From the NCBI GenBank assembly GCA_001189075.1, contig LFCN01000006.1:460866-524865 (forward strand): a stretch of DNA of 64,000 nucleotides. The letters are read 5' to 3'. This DNA comes from Parcubacteria bacterium C7867-004. GTDB taxonomy: Bacteria; Patescibacteriota; Minisyncoccia; Phycocordibacterales; Phycocordibacteraceae. A program made the position numbers and the translations under genes. The stretch's first letter is position 1, and the number at the start of each line of letters is the position of its first letter. The notes beneath the pieces are model-generated. The model was given only the letters and a program-made list of their open reading frames with translations. It did not search any database and was not told the DNA's origin. Below are positions 19,607 to 30,349 of this stretch, piece by piece.

Positions 19607-20011
19607 ATGCCTGAACAGAAGCAGACCTACGTCACCGCAGTCGGCCGTCGCAAGACCGCCAGCGCGCGCGTGAAGCTCACTCCAGCCAAGGAGAACTCGG
19701 TTACGGTGAACGGCCAGTCCGCTCGCGAGTACTTTAAGACTTCCGAGCGCGAGTCCATCACGGGCGATGCCTTCAAGGCCGGCGAGTGGAAGAACAACTA
19801 CGAGGTACAGGCTCGCGTGAAGGGAGGAGGCGTCGCTGCTCAGGCGGTAGCCGTCCGTCACGCTATCTCCCGCGCTATCACGCAAATGGAAGAGGGAAGC
19901 CGCCCAGCGCTTAAGGCTGCCGGATTTCTCAAGCGCGATCCCCGTGCCGTTGAACGCAAGAAGCCAGGTCTTCGCAAGGCTCGCAAGAGCCCGCAGTGGT
20001 CGAAGCGTTAA
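19607..20011 (+). CDS. rpsI: 30S ribosomal protein S9
   Basis: GRRKTA.ARV, GGG..AQA, RKKPG..KAR..PQWSKR. Confidence 0.96.
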   Translation: MPEQKQTYVTAVGRRKTASARVKLTPAKENSVTVNGQSAREYFKTSERESITGDAFKAGEWKNNYEVQARVKGGGVAAQAVAVRHAISRAITQMEEGSRPALKAAGFLKRDPRAVERKKPGLRKARKSPQWSKR

Positions 20012-20027
20012 TCGCTTTCTCATTCAA

Positions 20028-20057
20028 GAAAACAGCCTCCTTCGGGAGGCTGTTTTC
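20028..20057 (+). terminator. Terminator of the ribosomal operon
   Basis: GAAAACAGCCTCC-TTCG-GGAGGCTGTTTTC. Confidence 0.85.
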
Positions 20058-20101
20058 GTATAGGTAAGAGCACCCGGCTCCCATCGTCTATACTTATATC
20101 C

Positions 20102-20689
20102 ATGAATAAACTCCTTTTTGTTGCACTCCTCGGCGTAGCATTCCTTCCCGTACCCGCCAATGCGCTCACGAAGGCGTATTGCACCCAGCAATACGAGCCG
20201 GTCTGTGGCGCACAGCCCGTCCAGTGCATTACCGCGCCCTGCTACCCGCAATATCACACGTATGGAAACAGCTGCACCTTATCCAGCGAAGGCGGAACCT
20301 TCATTCACGCGGGCGAATGCACCGCGAGCGAGACAGGTCCAGTGAAGACCGACAAGCCGTACATACCTCCTGCCAATTGCACCGCGTGGTTCGACGGCTG
20401 TAATAGCTGCAGCACGGGACCGAAGGGTCAGTCCATGTGTACGCTTCGCGCATGTATGGATACGCCGACACAGGGATACTGCACCGCATACGGAAAGCCT
20501 GCAGTTGATTCCACTCTCCCCGTCCTTCAGGGACCTGATCTGAACGTAACGACGTCGGGTTCTGTATCCGCTACCCCGGCTGATGTACACGCAACCGCTA
20601 CCGTAACTGCCGAAGGCAATGCCACTACGTCTCAGAAAGGCTTCTTCAGCGTTATCTGGGACACCATCCTCAGCTGGTTCAATTGGTAG
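20102..20689 (+). CDS. Secreted Cys-rich protein with Kazal-like module
   Basis: Signal peptide; CTQQYEPVCG..TYGNSC..GEC; second C..WFDGCN.C..CTL.AC module. Confidence 0.75.
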   Translation: MNKLLFVALLGVAFLPVPANALTKAYCTQQYEPVCGAQPVQCITAPCYPQYHTYGNSCTLSSEGGTFIHAGECTASETGPVKTDKPYIPPANCTAWFDGCNSCSTGPKGQSMCTLRACMDTPTQGYCTAYGKPAVDSTLPVLQGPDLNVTTSGSVSATPADVHATATVTAEGNATTSQKGFFSVIWDTILSWFNW

Positions 20690-20740
20690 ATCATCTATTC
20701 GTTTTGACTCGCTTCGAGATTTCGGGCATATTCTCTGTAT

Positions 20741-21295
20741 ATGGATGAGAACGAAGACATCAGCATCGAAGAAGACGGACTCGAAGAAAAGGCGATGAGC
20801 GAAGAGGAGCTCGACTCTGCGGAATCACGCGTGGGCGCCAAAGCGGACAAGCTCAAAAACGAACTCGCGACCGTCAAGCGCGAGCGCCAGGAATACATGG
20901 ACGGCTGGCAACGCGCAAAAGCCGACTATGTGAACTCGCTCAAGCGCTTCGAGGAAGACAAGGCGCGCGCAAAGGAACAGGGACTCGTCAAAGCGCTCAG
21001 CGCACTCCTTCCGGCATACGACACGCTCGAACGCGCCAGGGCGCATGGAGAAATCCCGGAAAGCTTTGAGGGTATCGCCAAGCAATTCGAGACTGCATTT
21101 ACTTCGCTTGGTATTACGCAGATAGGCGAGGCAGGAGAGTCATTCGATCCCGTACGCCATGAGGCGCTCGGTACAGACCCTACTGATGACCAGAAGAAAG
21201 ACGATACCGTGAGTAGCATCCTCGAGAAAGGATATGCCGTCGGCGAATCGGTCCTCCGTCCCGCTCGCGTCCGCGTCTTCCAGTTCGAAGTATAA
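20741..21295 (+). CDS. grpE: Nucleotide exchange factor GrpE
   Basis: RAKADYVN, FDP..HEA, KGY..LRPARV. Confidence 0.95.
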   Translation: MDENEDISIEEDGLEEKAMSEEELDSAESRVGAKADKLKNELATVKRERQEYMDGWQRAKADYVNSLKRFEEDKARAKEQGLVKALSALLPAYDTLERARAHGEIPESFEGIAKQFETAFTSLGITQIGEAGESFDPVRHEALGTDPTDDQKKDDTVSSILEKGYAVGESVLRPARVRVFQFEV

Positions 21296-21338
21296 ATAAG
21301 TGCCGCCCCGGTCGAAGATGACCGAGGCGGTTGCGCGA

Positions 21339-21785
21339 CTATGGTGCAGTTTGCGAGCGCTGCTCGAGTTTGGCGAGTTCAGGCCAGCTCGATTGACTCA
21401 GTTCAGATGTTGCCGGGAGAGCCCGATACCCATGTTCGAATGCTATCTCCGCAGCCTCGACCTCTCGAAACGCCAGGAGGTATTCTCCACGCATGCGAGA
21501 CCTGAATTCCTCCAGCTCGGTCGAGTAGTGGTCGAGTTCTTTGAGTCGTTCGCTCGCTTTGGTGAGACCCATTCGCAGGGAAGATCGCGCGAGCGTGAAG
21601 CCCTCATCCTCACTGCCGAAGCCGGTGTACTTGAAGGGAAGGATACCTTCCTCATTCATAGTTCCAACGGCCAGGGTGCCGCTGGGTACATACATGTCAT
21701 GCCGGCGGGCAGTGAGCCAGATGAGCCTCCTCTCTACCTTTTCCAGGTCTTGAACTTTGAAACTCTTTATGTAGACAACGTGCAT
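21339..21785 (-). CDS. Orphan hypothetical protein between grpE and dnaK
   Basis: 148 aa ORF; leftward TTGACA promoter near 21931; hairpin at 21302-21331 after the stop. Confidence 0.55.
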   Translation of the reverse strand: MHVVYIKSFKVQDLEKVERRLIWLTARRHDMYVPSGTLAVGTMNEEGILPFKYTGFGSEDEGFTLARSSLRMGLTKASERLKELDHYSTELEEFRSRMRGEYLLAFREVEAAEIAFEHGYRALPATSELSQSSWPELAKLEQRSQTAP

Positions 21786-22049
21786 ATGTGTTCATCGTCG
21801 CTTACGCCGTTTTGTTTTTAGGCCTCACGAACGATGTCCTCTTGCCTAACCCTGATTCGCCAGTGGGTTGGCATATGGTGCTCTGGCAAGCATTCCTATA
21901 CCATTATTGCATAAATAATGGTATATGTCAATTGCACTAGTAATTAGGAGAGGTCCGACATCTTCTAAGGTCTTGAACGTGGAATTAAGAAGCGTACAAT
22001 GAACCTATCTGGGCGTAATTTAATAAGGTAACTAATTCGGCATTTCACT

Positions 22050-23954
22050 ATGGCAAAGATACTTGGTATCGATCTAGGAACGACGAACTCCGCTATGGCT
22101 ATCATGGAGGGAGGCGAGCCACGCGTTCTTGAGAATGCAGAGGGTCAGAGGACCACGCCGTCAGTAGTGGCGATCGCAAAGAACGGCGAGCGCCTCGTCG
22201 GCACGCTCGCAAAGCGTCAGGCGGTCACGAACCCGAAGAACACCATTTACGGCATCAAGCGGTTCATGGGTCACCGTTTCGGCGACGACGTCGTGCAGAA
22301 GGACAAGGACATTGTCCCGTATGTCATCAAGGCAGGTCCTGACGGCGGTGTGCAGGTAACGCTCGGCGACAAGGACTATCGTCCTGAGGAAGTCTCCGCA
22401 ATGATCCTCTCGAAGCTCAAGGCTGATGCGGAATCAAAGCTCGGCGAGAAGATAACGCAGGCGGTCATCACTGTACCGGCATACTTCGACGATGCGCAGC
22501 GCGCAGCCACCAAGGCAGCCGGCCAAGTAGCAGGTCTTGAAGTGCTCCGCATTATCAACGAGCCTACCGCAGCTGCGCTCGCGTACGGTTTCAACAAGAA
22601 GAAGGAAGAGAAGATCGTGGTCTACGACTTCGGAGGAGGAACCTTCGATATCTCCGTGCTTGAAGTAGGTGATGACGTCATCGAAGTGAAATCCACCGAC
22701 GGCGACAGCCACATGGGCGGCCGCGATATCGATCAGAAGATCGTCCGGTACCTCGCCGACGAATTCAAGAAGCAGTCAGGCATCGACGTCACTAAGGATC
22801 CACTCGCGCTCCAGCGCCTTGATGAGGGAGCAGAGAAGGCAAAGCACGAGCTATCGTCTGCAGCTGAGACCGAGGTTAACATTCCGTTCATCACGGTTGA
22901 CGGCGACGGCAATCCGCAGCATCTGCTCGTGAAGCTCACGCGCGCGAATCTCGAATCACTCGCAGACGAGTTCGTCTCCCGTTCGATGGATATTGCGAAG
23001 CGCGCACTCGAGGCGGCCGGCATGAAGCCCTCCGATATCAACGAGGTGATCCTCGTCGGTGGACAGACCCGTATGCCGAAGATCCAAGAGGAGGTGAAGA
23101 AGATGTTCGGCAAGGATCCGCACATGGGCGTGAACCCTGACGAAGTGGTCGCTATCGGCGCCGCTATCCAGGCAGGCATCCTTCAGGGCGACGTGAAGGA
23201 TATCCTTCTTGTCGACGTCATCCCGCTCTCGCTCTCCATCGAGACCATGGGAGGCGTCGCTACCAAGCTCATCGAGCGCAACACCGCTATTCCGACATCT
23301 CGCAGTCAGACCTTCTCGACCGCAAGCGACAACCAGACGAGTGTTGAGATCAGCGTCACACAAGGGGAACGAGCGATGGCCGCCGACAACAAATCGCTCG
23401 GCCGCTTCATGCTCGACGGCATCCCGCCGGCTCCGCGCGGCCTTCCGCAGGTCGAGGTTACATTCGACGTCGACGCATCCGGCATCCTTACCGTGAAAGC
23501 GAAAGAGAAGACTACCGGCAAGGAGCAGTCGATTCGCATCGAAGGATCTACCGGACTCTCCGAAGCTGATATCGAGAAGATGAAGCAGGATGCTGAGGCT
23601 CATGCAGCAGAAGACGAGAAGCGTAAGACGCTTGTCGAGACTAAGAACCTTGCCGAGCAGCTCGTGTACTCCGCAGAGAAGGCCGTGAAGGATGCGGGCG
23701 ATAAGGCACCCGCCGATGTCATCACGGAAGTGAACGAGAAGATCGCTCTGGTTAAGAGCGCTCGCGAAGGCGAAGATGTCGAGGCAATCAAGTCTTCTCT
23801 CGAAGCGCTCTCCACTTCACTCTCGAAGATCGGAGAAGCGATGGCGAAAGCAACGAGCGAGCAGGCTCCAGAGGGGGCTACGACAGAAGCTGCGCCTGAG
23901 GCAGGTGCTACTGACGCTGAGTTCAGCGAGAAGCCAGAGGAGCCTAAGGCATAG
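22050..23954 (+). CDS. dnaK: Chaperone DnaK
   Basis: [33 protein letters not shown]. Confidence 0.98.
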   Translation: MAKILGIDLGTTNSAMAIMEGGEPRVLENAEGQRTTPSVVAIAKNGERLVGTLAKRQAVTNPKNTIYGIKRFMGHRFGDDVVQKDKDIVPYVIKAGPDGGVQVTLGDKDYRPEEVSAMILSKLKADAESKLGEKITQAVITVPAYFDDAQRAATKAAGQVAGLEVLRIINEPTAAALAYGFNKKKEEKIVVYDFGGGTFDISVLEVGDDVIEVKSTDGDSHMGGRDIDQKIVRYLADEFKKQSGIDVTKDPLALQRLDEGAEKAKHELSSAAETEVNIPFITVDGDGNPQHLLVKLTRANLESLADEFVSRSMDIAKRALEAAGMKPSDINEVILVGGQTRMPKIQEEVKKMFGKDPHMGVNPDEVVAIGAAIQAGILQGDVKDILLVDVIPLSLSIETMGGVATKLIERNTAIPTSRSQTFSTASDNQTSVEISVTQGERAMAADNKSLGRFMLDGIPPAPRGLPQVEVTFDVDASGILTVKAKEKTTGKEQSIRIEGSTGLSEADIEKMKQDAEAHAAEDEKRKTLVETKNLAEQLVYSAEKAVKDAGDKAPADVITEVNEKIALVKSAREGEDVEAIKSSLEALSTSLSKIGEAMAKATSEQAPEGATTEAAPEAGATDAEFSEKPEEPKA

Positions 23955-23999
23955 AAACAAACTAGCCAGTACAAGAGCCGCAACCTCTGGCTGCGGCTC

Positions 24000-24028
24000 T
24001 TGACTTTTATTATATTATGGTATATACT
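24000..24028 (+). promoter_or_regulatory. Near-consensus sigma70 promoter overlapping the dnaK terminator
   Basis: TTGACT-17nt-TATACT at the end of hairpin 23972-24002. Confidence 0.75.
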
Positions 24029-24078
24029 ATATTTAACGTCAATTGGTGCCTTCGGGCAATGCAACACGGAGTTCTTCG

Positions 24079-24624
24079 ATGCGAAACATCCTTATGGCCG
24101 TGTTCGCGGCTCTCGCGTTTGCTAGCACCGCCAAAGCGCAAGACCTTGGCACCTGCAAGCAGGCCTATCTGGCCGGCAAGCAGGTTCTCGAGTGCAGCGG
24201 CGGCAAGTTCTACGAGTCGCTCACGCGCCTGGACAGGACCATCCTGAGCGAAGTCGAGATCGCTTCGTACCAACGGGCCGATGAACTTCGTGCCCAGGGA
24301 CAACGCGAAGAGGACGAACGTCGCCGGCAACAGCAGTGGGAAGAGGAGCAGCGCCAGGCTCGCCAAGCGTACCGTGACGGGATCAGCTCAGCTTATCCCT
24401 ACGCACGCGCCGGCAATCACGGCCGGGACTACCTCGACTGCACCGTGATCGGTAACCGTCTCGTCCCCGCTTGTGACTACATGCGAGTCCGCCAGAAGCA
24501 AGAGCAGGGTAGCGGTCAATCCCTCGAGCGCCTATGCAACAGCGGGCCGAATGCCGGATACTATTCCGCCGGCATCACCTGCGACCGCTGGCGCCGCGGT
24601 GTCTACGGCACCTTGATTCCGTAG
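24079..24624 (+). CDS. Orphan secreted Cys-containing protein between dnaK and dnaJ
   Basis: GGAG SD, signal peptide MRNILMAVFAALAFASTAKA, 6 Cys, Q/E/R-rich helix; terminator 24654-24690. Confidence 0.7.
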   Translation: MRNILMAVFAALAFASTAKAQDLGTCKQAYLAGKQVLECSGGKFYESLTRLDRTILSEVEIASYQRADELRAQGQREEDERRRQQQWEEEQRQARQAYRDGISSAYPYARAGNHGRDYLDCTVIGNRLVPACDYMRVRQKQEQGSGQSLERLCNSGPNAGYYSAGITCDRWRRGVYGTLIP

Positions 24625-24741
24625 GAACAAGCGAAGATCTACGGGTCTTCAAGAACGAGCGTCTTCCCCCGGGAGACGCTCGTTTTGTTTTTATACTCCC
24701 GTTTTTGCCTCCGGAAACTCGAACGCGTATAGTACAAGGAT

Positions 24742-25821
24742 ATGGCGAAGAATTATTACGAAACGCTCGGTATCGATAAGAAGGCGACGAACGACGACGT
24801 GAAGAAAGCGTTCCGCAAGCTTGCGCAGAAACATCATCCCGACAAGGGCGGTGACGAAGCGAAGTTCAAGGAGATAACCGAAGCATATTCCATCCTCTCG
24901 GACGAGAAGAAGCGCCGCGAGTACGACTCGTACGGCCAGACCTTCCAGGGAGGAGGCGCTCCAGGAGGCGGGTTCGGAGGATTCGATCCGAGCCAGTTCA
25001 GTGGCTTCGGACAGGGCGGCGTGGAGTTTGATTTCTCCGATCTCTTCGGCGGATTCAGCGACATCTTTGGAGGACAGCAGGGAGGCCGCGGCCGCATAAA
25101 GCGCGGTAGAGATATTTCTATAGACATTGAGGTGACCTTCAAGGAATCCATCCTCGGCGGGAAGCGTTCCGTCTTGCTTACCAAAGTTGGGAAGTGTGAC
25201 ACCTGTAGCGGTACTGGTGCCGCGCCCGGCACCAGTACGGACACCTGCACGACCTGTAACGGCGCGGGCCGCATCCATGAGACCCGCAACTCACCACTCG
25301 GTGCATTCACGAGCGTGCGCGGCTGCCCTACCTGCGAAGGCGAAGGAAAAGTTCCGAAGGAGAAGTGCAAGACCTGCAGCGGTCACGGCATCCTGAAGAA
25401 GGAGGAGGAGCTCAACATTCAGATACCGGCTGGTATGGATGGTGGCGAGATGATCCGCATGCCGGGCAACGGAGAAGCGGTGAAGGGCGGGGTTCCCGGC
25501 GACCTGTACGTGAAAGTGCATGTGAAGCCGCACGCCGTATTCAAGAAGGAGGGCATGAACCTCGTCATGAACATGCCCGTTAAGCTGACCGATGCGCTCA
25601 TCGGCACTACCGCCACAATCATGACCGTCGACGAAAAAAAGCTCGAAGTGAAGATTCCTGCAATGACCGAAGCACAGCAGACGCTCCGCCTGCGCGGCAA
25701 GGGAGTTACCATCGACGGGAATTCCGGCGACCTCCTCATCCGTCTCACCGCGACCCTACCAAAGAAACTGTCAGGTAAAGCGAAGAAAGCTATCGAAGAT
25801 CTGAAAGCAGAGGGATTATAG
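24742..25821 (+). CDS. dnaJ: Chaperone DnaJ
   Basis: HPD J-domain, G/F region, four CxxCxGxG repeats. Confidence 0.97.
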   Translation: MAKNYYETLGIDKKATNDDVKKAFRKLAQKHHPDKGGDEAKFKEITEAYSILSDEKKRREYDSYGQTFQGGGAPGGGFGGFDPSQFSGFGQGGVEFDFSDLFGGFSDIFGGQQGGRGRIKRGRDISIDIEVTFKESILGGKRSVLLTKVGKCDTCSGTGAAPGTSTDTCTTCNGAGRIHETRNSPLGAFTSVRGCPTCEGEGKVPKEKCKTCSGHGILKKEEELNIQIPAGMDGGEMIRMPGNGEAVKGGVPGDLYVKVHVKPHAVFKKEGMNLVMNMPVKLTDALIGTTATIMTVDEKKLEVKIPAMTEAQQTLRLRGKGVTIDGNSGDLLIRLTATLPKKLSGKAKKAIEDLKAEGL

Positions 25822-25881
25822 AGGTGGCTCTTTGGGGATGCTCGACATATCACGGGTCGCGACGAGCTATACTAGTTCGTA

Positions 25882-26385
25882 ATGGACTTTATAAATACGT
25901 ACGCGACCGGAGGACTCGGCGACATCATAAGCTTCGCGAGCAACTTTCTCGTGCTCATCGTCCTCACCGTCGTGCTCTTTCTCTTCGCGATGCGTGCCGG
26001 TCGCGCCGTGTTCACGTCGCTCGTGATCGCGCTCTATGCGGGATACGGCCTCTACACCGTCTTCCCGTATAAGGAGATGTTAGCCGGTAGCGGGGGAACA
26101 GTAGCGACCGCCTCGAACCTCGTACTGTTCCTCGGTCTCTCGTTCGTTCCGTATCTCCTGCTCCGCAAGATCGCTACCTCGGGCTTGATGCGCATCAATC
26201 CGCTCATCATGATCATCCTGTCGGTTGCGACCGCGGGATTCATTCTCGTCCTCGGGTATCAGTCATTCGACCTAGGCTCACTCCTGCCCCTGACCCCGAT
26301 GCTCGAATCAATTCTCATGCCGGAGCAGTACTTCTTCTGGTGGCTCGTAGCACCCCTTGCCGGACTCTTCATCGCCGCCCGCTAG
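25882..26385 (+). CDS. Multi-TM hypothetical membrane protein
   Basis: About five hydrophobic helices; TATACT 8 nt before ATG. Confidence 0.7.
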   Translation: MDFINTYATGGLGDIISFASNFLVLIVLTVVLFLFAMRAGRAVFTSLVIALYAGYGLYTVFPYKEMLAGSGGTVATASNLVLFLGLSFVPYLLLRKIATSGLMRINPLIMIILSVATAGFILVLGYQSFDLGSLLPLTPMLESILMPEQYFFWWLVAPLAGLFIAAR

Positions 26386-26449
26386 AGCCTACTTTCGTCC
26401 GAACATTCTTTTTAGTAAACGTCAATGAGGCGTGGTATACTGTCCCTTT

Positions 26450-28243
26450 ATGCTGCCTGAAGAAAAGAAAAATACCGAGGCGTGGCCGGTCATACAGGAT
26501 TTCGCGAAGGCGACGGCTAAGTATCCGTGGCTGTTCTTCGGCGTAGTCATCGGGATCCTCAGCGCCACTGCCACTAACCTTGCCGCGCCGCTTTTCTTAA
26601 AGCATTTCATCGATCTGCTGACTACCGCGGGAATAGACGGAACGCTTCGCGGAGCCATGCTTGCGACGCTTGGCGGCTATGCCGTGATTACATTCCTAAA
26701 CTGGGCTGCCTATCGGATTCAGATGATGAGCGTGATACGGCTCGAGGCGCGCGTAGAGCAGGATCTGTTGAATCGTGCATTCGGATACCTAATCGGGCAT
26801 GGGCATGATTTCTTCATCGATAACTTTACGGGATCACTCACGCGTCGCGTCGGCCGTTACGCACACTCCTATCAGCAGATCTTCAACAGCCTGATCGAGG
26901 GAATGATGCCGACCTTGCTGTTCGCGGTCGGCGTAATTGTTGTGCTCTTCCTTCAGAACTGGTGGATTGGGCTCGGGCTCCTCATCTGGACTATCTTCTT
27001 TCTCATCCTCCAGTACGTGATGACGAAGTGGCGCTACCAGTTCAAACTAGAGCGTTCGGCGGCGGATAGTCGCCTTACTGGCGCACTGTCTGATGTCATC
27101 GGCAATCATTCAACCGTCGCGTACTTCGCTACGCAGAACGCTGAGCGACGATTGATCTCCGGAGTCATCGGAGACTGGTACAGAGCTACGATGAAATCAT
27201 GGAATTCCGATGTCGTGAATTACGGCGTGCAGGGATTCTTGACGCGCGCTGCCCAGATCGGACTCCTGTTCGGCAGCTTTTTCCTCTGGTCGGAAGGGCT
27301 ACTGAGTCTGGGTACCCTGGTGTTGATCCAGATCTACATACTCTCGCTCATGGACCAAATCATGAATATAGGAAGCAACATGCGCCAGCTCTATGATGCA
27401 TTCGCTGAAGGTAACGAGATGATAGGCATACTTGCGCAGCCGCATTCGATACGGGATGCCGATTCTGCGAGCACGCTTACGGTTGCTGAAGGCGCTATTA
27501 CGCTCGATTCGGTTGATTTTTCGTTTGATGATCTTCGGCCCATCCTTTCCGGATTCAACCTTACCGTCGCGAGCGGCGAGAAAGTAGCGCTTGTCGGCCC
27601 GTCGGGAGCAGGCAAGTCCACCATAACGAAGCTCTTGCTCCGCCTGTATGACGTAACCGGTGGCTCGGTACAAATCGATGGGACGGATATCCGCACCGTG
27701 ACCCAAGAGAGTCTTCGTCGCGCGATTTCATTCGTACCGCAGGAATCCGTCCTGTTCCACCGATCGCTTCGGGAGAACATCACATACGGAAAGGAAGGCG
27801 CGACGGAAGAAGAAATCGTAGCGGCAGCTAAGAAAGCGCATTGCCATGACTTCATCGCCTCACTTCCGAACGGTTATGACACACTCGTCGGCGAGCGCGG
27901 GATTAAGCTCTCGGGCGGCGAGCGCCAGCGCGTCGCGATCGCTCGCGCCATCCTCAAGGATGCGCCGATACTCGTGCTCGACGAAGCGACGTCATCGCTT
28001 GATTCCGAATCCGAGGCACTCATCCAGGACGCGCTTAAGGTGCTCATGGAAGGAAAGACCGTTATTGTCATCGCGCACCGCCTCTCAACAATCATGAAGA
28101 TGGACCGCATCATCGTCATCGAGGACGGACAGATAGCGGCGGAAGGCACCCACGAGGAGCTTCTGAATCATGAGGGAGGCCTCTACCATAAGCTCTGGAG
28201 CATACAGGCGGGCAGCTTTCTAACCGATACCCGCCCTGCATAG
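26450..28243 (+). CDS. ABC exporter, fused permease + ATPase
   Basis: TM domain, GPSGAGKST, LSGGERQR, LDEATSSLD, IAHRLST. Confidence 0.93.
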   Translation: MLPEEKKNTEAWPVIQDFAKATAKYPWLFFGVVIGILSATATNLAAPLFLKHFIDLLTTAGIDGTLRGAMLATLGGYAVITFLNWAAYRIQMMSVIRLEARVEQDLLNRAFGYLIGHGHDFFIDNFTGSLTRRVGRYAHSYQQIFNSLIEGMMPTLLFAVGVIVVLFLQNWWIGLGLLIWTIFFLILQYVMTKWRYQFKLERSAADSRLTGALSDVIGNHSTVAYFATQNAERRLISGVIGDWYRATMKSWNSDVVNYGVQGFLTRAAQIGLLFGSFFLWSEGLLSLGTLVLIQIYILSLMDQIMNIGSNMRQLYDAFAEGNEMIGILAQPHSIRDADSASTLTVAEGAITLDSVDFSFDDLRPILSGFNLTVASGEKVALVGPSGAGKSTITKLLLRLYDVTGGSVQIDGTDIRTVTQESLRRAISFVPQESVLFHRSLRENITYGKEGATEEEIVAAAKKAHCHDFIASLPNGYDTLVGERGIKLSGGERQRVAIARAILKDAPILVLDEATSSLDSESEALIQDALKVLMEGKTVIVIAHRLSTIMKMDRIIVIEDGQIAAEGTHEELLNHEGGLYHKLWSIQAGSFLTDTRPA

Positions 28244-28286
28244 AACTGGCTTCATGCGTCGGATGCCCGCGTGCTAGGATTGCGCA

Positions 28287-29204
28287 ATGGATCCCATATT
28301 CCTCCTCGCGCTCATCCCCCTCGTACTCTGGGCGAGCTCCAATTTCATAGACAAGATCCTGCTTTCGAAGTATTTTCCCGACGGCTCGGTGTCGATACTT
28401 ATGGCGTATTCCGGTCTTTTCGGAATAGTCGCTGCGCCGATATATCTGATACTCGATCCTGCGGCGCTATCCGTGACACCACTGATCGGCCTCGCTCTCT
28501 TTGCTGCAGGTCTTCTGAGCGCGTTCGCGGTATGGCTGTACCTGTATGCGCTTACCATAGAGGACACCTCAACTGTGCTCCCGTTCTTCCAGACGACGCC
28601 TATTTTCGGGCTTATTTTTGGATTCCTGATCCTCAATGAGACCATCACCACGAGCCAAGCTCTGTTTGGAGCGCTCATCATCCTCGGCGGCATGGTGCTC
28701 GCGTTCGATATAGAGAAAGGGAAGCCGATAAGCGTGAAATGGAAACTGCTCGGGTTCGTTCTGAGCGCATCCGCGCTATTCGCCCTGTATGAGGCAGTAT
28801 TTAAGCTTCTCGCGCTCGAGGAGGGCTTCTGGATATCGATGTTTTGGCAGAGTGTGAGCCTCGCAGTCATTGGCATAGGGATACTACTCGTTCCGAGCCA
28901 GAGGCGCGCGTTCTTCTCGCACATGCGATCGAGCGGAACACCCATCTTCGGCTTAAATATATTCAATGAGTTCATAACCGGCGTTGGCACTGCGGCATAT
29001 AACTATCTGGTGCTCCTTGCTCCTATAGCCCTCGTTATGCTGACCCACGTCTATCAGTCGGTGGTCGTATTTGTCATGGGACTTCTCTTAAGCCTGTTCC
29101 TCCCGGGTCTGATCGACGAGAAGCGTAGTCCACGGATCCTTGTCCAGAAAATCTCCGCATTGATCCTTATAACGATAAGCAGCGTGTTTCTGTTCGGCTC
29201 CTAG
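28287..29204 (+). CDS. EamA/DMT family transporter
   Basis: About 10 TM helices in two repeats, IDK..L, F.ILNE.I motifs. Confidence 0.85.
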   Translation: MDPIFLLALIPLVLWASSNFIDKILLSKYFPDGSVSILMAYSGLFGIVAAPIYLILDPAALSVTPLIGLALFAAGLLSAFAVWLYLYALTIEDTSTVLPFFQTTPIFGLIFGFLILNETITTSQALFGALIILGGMVLAFDIEKGKPISVKWKLLGFVLSASALFALYEAVFKLLALEEGFWISMFWQSVSLAVIGIGILLVPSQRRAFFSHMRSSGTPIFGLNIFNEFITGVGTAAYNYLVLLAPIALVMLTHVYQSVVVFVMGLLLSLFLPGLIDEKRSPRILVQKISALILITISSVFLFGS

Positions 29205-29246
29205 GCCGGATCTACTCGGCTTCGTGAGTGCTATACTTTCCGGCAT

Positions 29247-29573
29247 ATGGGAATGAAGCATCTGCTTGCCGCGCTCGTCTGCGTCGGCATTGTTTCGATA
29301 GCCTACGGATTCTGGCGGATCTGCATCATGGAGGACTATCTGCTCTTCGCGAACGTCCCGTGCGACCCTGCTGTCGAATCCTGTTTCGTCGGCGACGGAG
29401 AAAATACTCCCCAGTTCTACACGCAGGTGAGCAAACCTGCGTACTCGGTGCCTGATTGCAATGCTTGGAATGGGGAGTGCCCGGTACTCGGATGCGAGGA
29501 AGGAGAGGCCCGCTGCCAAGAGACTACCTGCGACCCGGCAACGGGAGAGGAGTGCTCAACGAAGCCTTTGTAG
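29247..29573 (+). CDS. Small membrane-anchored Cys-rich protein
   Basis: N-terminal TM, CDP..ESCF and a second CDP, 8 Cys in the soluble domain. Confidence 0.7.
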   Translation: MGMKHLLAALVCVGIVSIAYGFWRICIMEDYLLFANVPCDPAVESCFVGDGENTPQFYTQVSKPAYSVPDCNAWNGECPVLGCEEGEARCQETTCDPATGEECSTKPL

Positions 29574-29591
29574 GCTCTCCAGGTATCGTAT

Positions 29592-30347
29592 ATGTCGGCC
29601 GAAACGGATTTTCTCTACTACACGTCCGCGGAAGAAGCGATTGAGGAGCTGCGACGACGACAGGCAGACCCTACGTTCTGCGCATTCATCGAATCACTCT
29701 TCGGGATCGAGATCCCACCGATGCTGCTTTCAGGCCCGATGGCCATCTTCTCGCGGCCCATAGCATCACCTTCGTATGAGTTCTGCGCGTTCTACGAACA
29801 GGCGGAGCGGATCGGGCTCCCCGCCGGTGTATTCGAATACACCGCCGACAAGTTTGTTGCGCGCAACTGGGAGAAATATTGCTTAGGACGCCTGGCATTT
29901 ACTTCGAGCGAGGATGACCAGCGCCTGACGCTGCAGCGCATCGTGGATTTCAACCGTGATGAAGGGAAGCTGCTCTCGGAAATCACCACCATCGCAGGGA
30001 CGCCGCTCACTGATTTCCACCATGACCTGCTGTCACGGTACCTCAAGGGCAGGCCGATTGAGCTGTACGATTTCTCGGACTGGTTCATACCAAACCGAGG
30101 CGGGGACCGATGGAGCTATTACCTACGCTATCTCGGACTGTTCCTCGTCCACGGCATACTGTTCGAGAATTTCCTGATGGATAAGCGGGAAGCCTCCTTC
30201 ACGACGGAGGTGGTGATGCCGGCCTTCCGCACACTCGCGGATGCCGCAGGATGTGCCCCGCTGATCGTGCGCGCGATGCCCGCGGAGAAGGAAGGGCAGA
30301 GTGACCAGTGGTGCTATTATCATGACAGCCTGCGCACCGATATCTAA
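29592..30347 (+). CDS. Uncharacterised soluble alpha/beta protein, possibly an enzyme
   Basis: 251 aa; R.IASP.YE, EY..DKF..N..K..LG, DFN..G, DFHH, HGILFENF; 2 nt before the kinase ATG. Confidence 0.7.
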   Translation: MSAETDFLYYTSAEEAIEELRRRQADPTFCAFIESLFGIEIPPMLLSGPMAIFSRPIASPSYEFCAFYEQAERIGLPAGVFEYTADKFVARNWEKYCLGRLAFTSSEDDQRLTLQRIVDFNRDEGKLLSEITTIAGTPLTDFHHDLLSRYLKGRPIELYDFSDWFIPNRGGDRWSYYLRYLGLFLVHGILFENFLMDKREASFTTEVVMPAFRTLADAAGCAPLIVRAMPAEKEGQSDQWCYYHDSLRTDI

Positions 30348-30349
30348 TC

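Noticed and set aside
21300-21821. Plus-strand 173-aa ORF between grpE and dnaK
   Set aside because: Starts inside a terminator hairpin; the promoter orientation favours the minus-strand ORF.
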